Sequence record: PP496439.1
DNA: 64,000 nt
Strand: one strand, 5' to 3'
In this document: one piece after another, positions 60,868 through 64,000 of the stretch
Numbering within the stretch: the first letter of the stretch is position 1
Layout of the letters: each line of letters starts with the position of its first letter
The notes under the pieces: generated by a model
Databases searched by the model: none
Seen by the model: the letters and a program-made list of their open reading frames with translations, nothing else
Told to the model about the DNA's origin: nothing
Made by a program: the position numbers and the translations under genes

Positions 60868-62847
60868 TCAATTGATTCCGTACTTTTTGATAAAAGCGGA
60901 ATAAGGGGTTTTATCGCCTTCGAAGGAATTGACCTTCGAGTTACTTGCCCCGTCTTTGTAGATCAGGGTCGTGGTAAGGTTCGCGCTGAACGGCCCAATG
61001 ACGCCGCCGTTCTTCACGATGAACTCGTTTACCTTGCTGTCCCTTACACCGGTCAAGTAGAAGCGCTGACCTTTGAACAACTGGGACGCCACCCGAACCT
61101 TCTTCGGTGGCTTCGGCAACACGTACGTCAATCCAGCCTTGGTATACGCCATGAAGGCCGTCATGAAGGCCGGAAGTGCTGCAATGAACTGATCCGCACG
61201 CTTAGGTCCGAATCCATCCAGTTCTGCCAGCTTTTCCCGCAATGCCTCACGGGAAGCTTTGGTCCGCTGCAAGCCCGTAGGATCACCCAGGCTCAACGCT
61301 GCCGGTTTCAGCAGTGTGAGTCCCATCCCGTGGCCGAACGCCCCGCTGGCGACCATTAGGTCGGCTAGGTCAACGTCCACCACACGGTCGGCCAGCGCCG
61401 CAACGAACTTCTTAGCCGTCGGGGCACCGAAACCAGCTTGCTCGACCAGTTCTTTGGCGAACCGGATAGGGGTTTTGGTCACTTTACGAATTAGGCCCTG
61501 TACGCCGCCAACGTCCATGTACTCTAGCATAGCGTCAAACGTGGCTTCCTTGAACCCTTCCAGGCCGAGCGTCACGAAGAAGAACGTCATGGACTTCGTA
61601 AGCTGTTGCTCTCCGCTACCAATGGTGCGGATGTTAACCCCGTTCTCATCCCAGTCGTACGACCCCGACTTGGGCAGATCGGCTTTACGTGCGGGGGTGA
61701 CCACACCTGTGATGTAGGGGATCACGTCACCAGACCGGACTAGGGTGATGACGGCGCCTTTCCCGATCTTGTTGTCCTTGATGAACTTGGCGTTATGCCC
61801 TGTGGCCCACGTAACTTTGACACCCGCCAGTCGTACGGGAGTTATCTTGACGCGGGGCTTGAGCGTCCCGTATCTTGATTCGTTCCACTGGACTTCCTCA
61901 ACAGTTGCTGTTGCCACCTCGGACATCAGTGCGGACTTGAAGGCGAACTGATAGTCCGGGTTACCTGAACCCGAGGGGACACGACCCACCTTGGTCGTGG
62001 ACACGATGATGCCGTCCATCTCGTATATCGACTTCTTGCGGCGGTCCAACAGGTAATCGGTCAGCTCATTGACATCCAGTCGCAGTACCTTCTTGACCGT
62101 AGGGATCAGGAAGCCCATTGCCTTGAGTTTGGCGAACTGCTTGTCCACGTCCATGGCAGGCTTGACGATCTGGTACATGACCACTTTGATCTTCTTGCCC
62201 TTGAACACCGGCGGAATGATCTTGCTGTTCGCGGCACCGGCCACCAGATTGCGGGGGTTGGCGAACTCGTCCTTGAACTGCTCGAAGGTGGCCACCGGCA
62301 TAATCAACTCACCACGGCCTTGCCAGCCATTGGGGATTGGGGGCAAGTCCAGATAGGGGGCCACGTGGCTGATGTCCAAGCCTTGGTTCCCGTCGCCACG
62401 GGTGTACAACTCCGGCTTCTTGGGATTGGTTGTTCCCTTGATGCCGATGGAGATGCCGTCCAGCTTGTCCGACAGCACGTAGGGGCCTGGGTTAGCTACC
62501 GCCCAGCGCAGGATGGACTTCTCGTCCAGATACTTGTTCATGCTGCCCATGCCGAACGGTAGTGACGTCTTGTTCAGCTCGTTGGACTTCGAACCCACCT
62601 GATACAGCTTCTTGTCCACGGTGAGGATGACGGTCTCGAACTTGTCGAACTCTGCGTCGCTGACAACAGGCACACCGGCGTAGTATGCGTCTTTCAGCAG
62701 TAGGTAGGCATCGGCCAGCTGCTTCTTGGGCACGGACTTCGCCGCTTCCACCTGCATGGCTTTGTTAGCCATGTGGATGATACCTAACACGAAGTCTTTC
62801 AGTTCTTGGCGACCTTTCTTGGTGCCTATGGTGAACTTGGTCGCCAT
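60868..62847 (-). CDS. ligA: NAD-dependent DNA ligase
   Basis: YY...SDAEFD (Ia), KLDG, RGDG, GRGE, NPRN, MDGI, FAFK, OB-fold RSGDVIP, HhH, C-terminal BRCT. Confidence 0.93.
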   Translation of the reverse strand: MATKFTIGTKKGRQELKDFVLGIIHMANKAMQVEAAKSVPKKQLADAYLLLKDAYYAGVPVVSDAEFDKFETVILTVDKKLYQVGSKSNELNKTSLPFGMGSMNKYLDEKSILRWAVANPGPYVLSDKLDGISIGIKGTTNPKKPELYTRGDGNQGLDISHVAPYLDLPPIPNGWQGRGELIMPVATFEQFKDEFANPRNLVAGAANSKIIPPVFKGKKIKVVMYQIVKPAMDVDKQFAKLKAMGFLIPTVKKVLRLDVNELTDYLLDRRKKSIYEMDGIIVSTTKVGRVPSGSGNPDYQFAFKSALMSEVATATVEEVQWNESRYGTLKPRVKITPVRLAGVKVTWATGHNAKFIKDNKIGKGAVITLVRSGDVIPYITGVVTPARKADLPKSGSYDWDENGVNIRTIGSGEQQLTKSMTFFFVTLGLEGFKEATFDAMLEYMDVGGVQGLIRKVTKTPIRFAKELVEQAGFGAPTAKKFVAALADRVVDVDLADLMVASGAFGHGMGLTLLKPAALSLGDPTGLQRTKASREALREKLAELDGFGPKRADQFIAALPAFMTAFMAYTKAGLTYVLPKPPKKVRVASQLFKGQRFYLTGVRDSKVNEFIVKNGGVIGPFSANLTTTLIYKDGASNSKVNSFEGDKTPYSAFIKKYGIN

Positions 62848-62858
62848 CTAGATCGTCC

Positions 62859-63443
62859 TTATATGGGAATGGTGTCTATGTCAGCGAACCGCTGCATGCA
62901 CCACTTGACGTAGGGTTTTACCTGCTCTGGCCATCGCTTCGTATACCCACGGGCGTACAACTCTACCATGCCGGGTACAGCCTCATAGTAGTTGCCGAAG
63001 GGATACACATCGAAGTTCTTGAGTTTCAAGCCGAGCAGCTGCATCAGTAATTTACCGTTCTGGATAGTCGTGGCATACGCCGGATTATCGTAGGTAAACC
63101 CCTTACGCCACTCGTTGAACTTCGGGTCTTGCGGGTTCTGGCCGAGCAAGGACAGCAGCAGGTCCCCGCTACGCAGTTGTTGCAGTGTCGTCCCTTCCTT
63201 CTCCAGCAGTGCGTGCGTACACTCATGCAGCAAGGTGGCCCAAGCTTTCGGCTCGGTGAAGAAGGAGTCCCGGAGTAAGCAGGTGCCGCCGGTGAATGAA
63301 GCGGTAGGCTGGCCGTTGCCCGGAATCAACGTGAAGGTGTGAGTCCTTGCATAACCGTAGACGGGCGCCCGCATGTTCTGCGGCATCTTGTCGATGATCT
63401 TCAGTAACGCCGAGTTGTCAACCTCTTTCCCGCTTCGATCCAC
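62859..63443 (-). CDS. Putative zinc metallopeptidase (HExxH)
   Basis: LLHECTHALL and a distal YYEAVP glutamate. Confidence 0.55.
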   Translation of the reverse strand: MDRSGKEVDNSALLKIIDKMPQNMRAPVYGYARTHTFTLIPGNGQPTASFTGGTCLLRDSFFTEPKAWATLLHECTHALLEKEGTTLQQLRSGDLLLSLLGQNPQDPKFNEWRKGFTYDNPAYATTIQNGKLLMQLLGLKLKNFDVYPFGNYYEAVPGMVELYARGYTKRWPEQVKPYVKWCMQRFADIDTIPI

Positions 63444-63448
63444 CGTCG

Positions 63449-63997
63449 TTACTTTGGGACCTCGGCAACCTCCATCAGGTGTGCCACTTCCGCAAAGTTC
63501 TCAGCGCTGGACAGAGCCGACATGCGTTCCCGGTACAGCTGAATCTCGATGGGTTCCTCCAGCTCTTTCAGGAACTTTTCCAGCTTGGTCTTGAACCGCT
63601 CAGTGTACGGCTTCTGAATGGTGATGTGTGCCTTGTAGTCGGGAAACGTCGGCGCCGCACCGATGCCCAGTAGCTGGTTGTGCAGGTCAGTCAGTTCCTT
63701 GCAGTTGACCAGCAGGACCAGAGTGTCATCCTTGGGGCCGAACACGTCAACACCTGTCACCTCAGCGGTGTACTTGTGCGACGGATTGAGAACGCCACGG
63801 GCCGCTACGTCGTCGATGGTTGACGAAGAGTACATAACGGTGCAGTGCAGCTCAGACATCGGCATCACGTCCGGCTCACGATCTTGGCCGTACTTGCTCA
63901 GGGTCATCAACATCTTGGCGAGGGTCAGCTTGGAATCCGGGTGGATCTTGACATCCACGTAAGAACCTTCCTTGATCAACGACCGGGCCGTCTCCAT
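63449..63997 (-). CDS. acb1: Acb1/T4 57B-like 2H phosphoesterase (anti-CBASS nuclease); start could lie beyond the window
   Basis: GSYV.VK, LHCTVMYS, TLVLLVN...LH, GAAPTFPDYKAHITI, LYRE parallel T4 Acb1 (GLYV..K, IHSTICYS, TLVLVLD, GATHDFDDYTPHITL, LDREY). Confidence 0.85.
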   Translation of the reverse strand: METARSLIKEGSYVDVKIHPDSKLTLAKMLMTLSKYGQDREPDVMPMSELHCTVMYSSSTIDDVAARGVLNPSHKYTAEVTGVDVFGPKDDTLVLLVNCKELTDLHNQLLGIGAAPTFPDYKAHITIQKPYTERFKTKLEKFLKELEEPIEIQLYRERMSALSSAENFAEVAHLMEVAEVPK

Positions 63998-64000
63998 TAC

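Noticed and set aside
1-64000. Genome-wide TGA recoding (alternative genetic code)
   Set aside because: Many genes end in TGA overlapping the next ATG (999-1002, 3261-3264, 5011-5014, 27181-27184, 35684-35687, 43168-43171), and conserved proteins are full length in code 11. Only the 15058 site shows a coding-like continuation.
1-64000. tRNA, rRNA or tmRNA genes
   Set aside because: Intergenic gaps are short (mostly under 120 nt) and none shows a cloverleaf or T-loop GTTCRA pattern in a suitable context. A tRNAscan run would be the formal check.
1-64000. Nucleus-forming (phiKZ-like) jumbo phage assignment
   Set aside because: No chimallin, PhuZ or multisubunit RNAP subunit is recognisable here. 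A sigma factor and a T4-like baseplate point to a host-RNAP-dependent lineage. The rest of the genome is unseen.

Overview
A 64-kb slice of a large lytic myovirus (jumbo-phage-like) genome. It is coding-dense, mostly on the minus strand, and has no tRNA, rRNA, CRISPR array or integrase that I could find. A Pseudomonas-like host is inferred from the PL7 alginate-lyase-like gene and pyocin-type fibre repeats; resemblance to the RSL1/PaBG/Lu11 type of jumbo myovirus is also inference. Layout: (1) 1-6038, small plus-strand accessory genes ending in a PL7 lyase-like gene. (2) 6189-11509, two paralogous accessory fibres, one carrying an intact SGNH esterase. (3) 11686-28185, a replication/recombination/transcription block: RecA/UvsX, a poly-Glu acidic protein, gp32-like SSB, a sigma70-like factor lacking region 4, SWIM protein, TGT/DpdA-like transglycosylase, zincin, acyl carrier protein, SLOG protein, Cas4-like nuclease and DnaG primase. 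(4) 28246-30281, lysis cassette: spanins, holin, an amidase with degenerate Zn ligands and a permuted papain-like enzyme. (5) 30367-50230, contractile tail: fibre plus chaperone, T4-like baseplate genes, PAAR-M15A fusion, gp5, gp27, gp53, gp48/54, tape measure and a gp26/gp51-like chaperone pair. (6) 50359-64000, a 1919-aa SNF2-like ATPase, HNH, NUDIX, a very basic small protein, NAD-dependent ligase and an Acb1-like anti-CBASS 2H phosphoesterase. Strongest hidden signals: an in-frame UGA-C readthrough candidate that adds a 58-aa basic tail to the acidic protein; a CCC-UUU-CGU +1 frameshift candidate in the tail chaperone pair; an identical 13-nt motif upstream of both the PL7 lyase and the SGNH fibre; and a paralogous Tudor-like domain in two distant genes. 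All family calls come from motif recognition by eye, not database searches.
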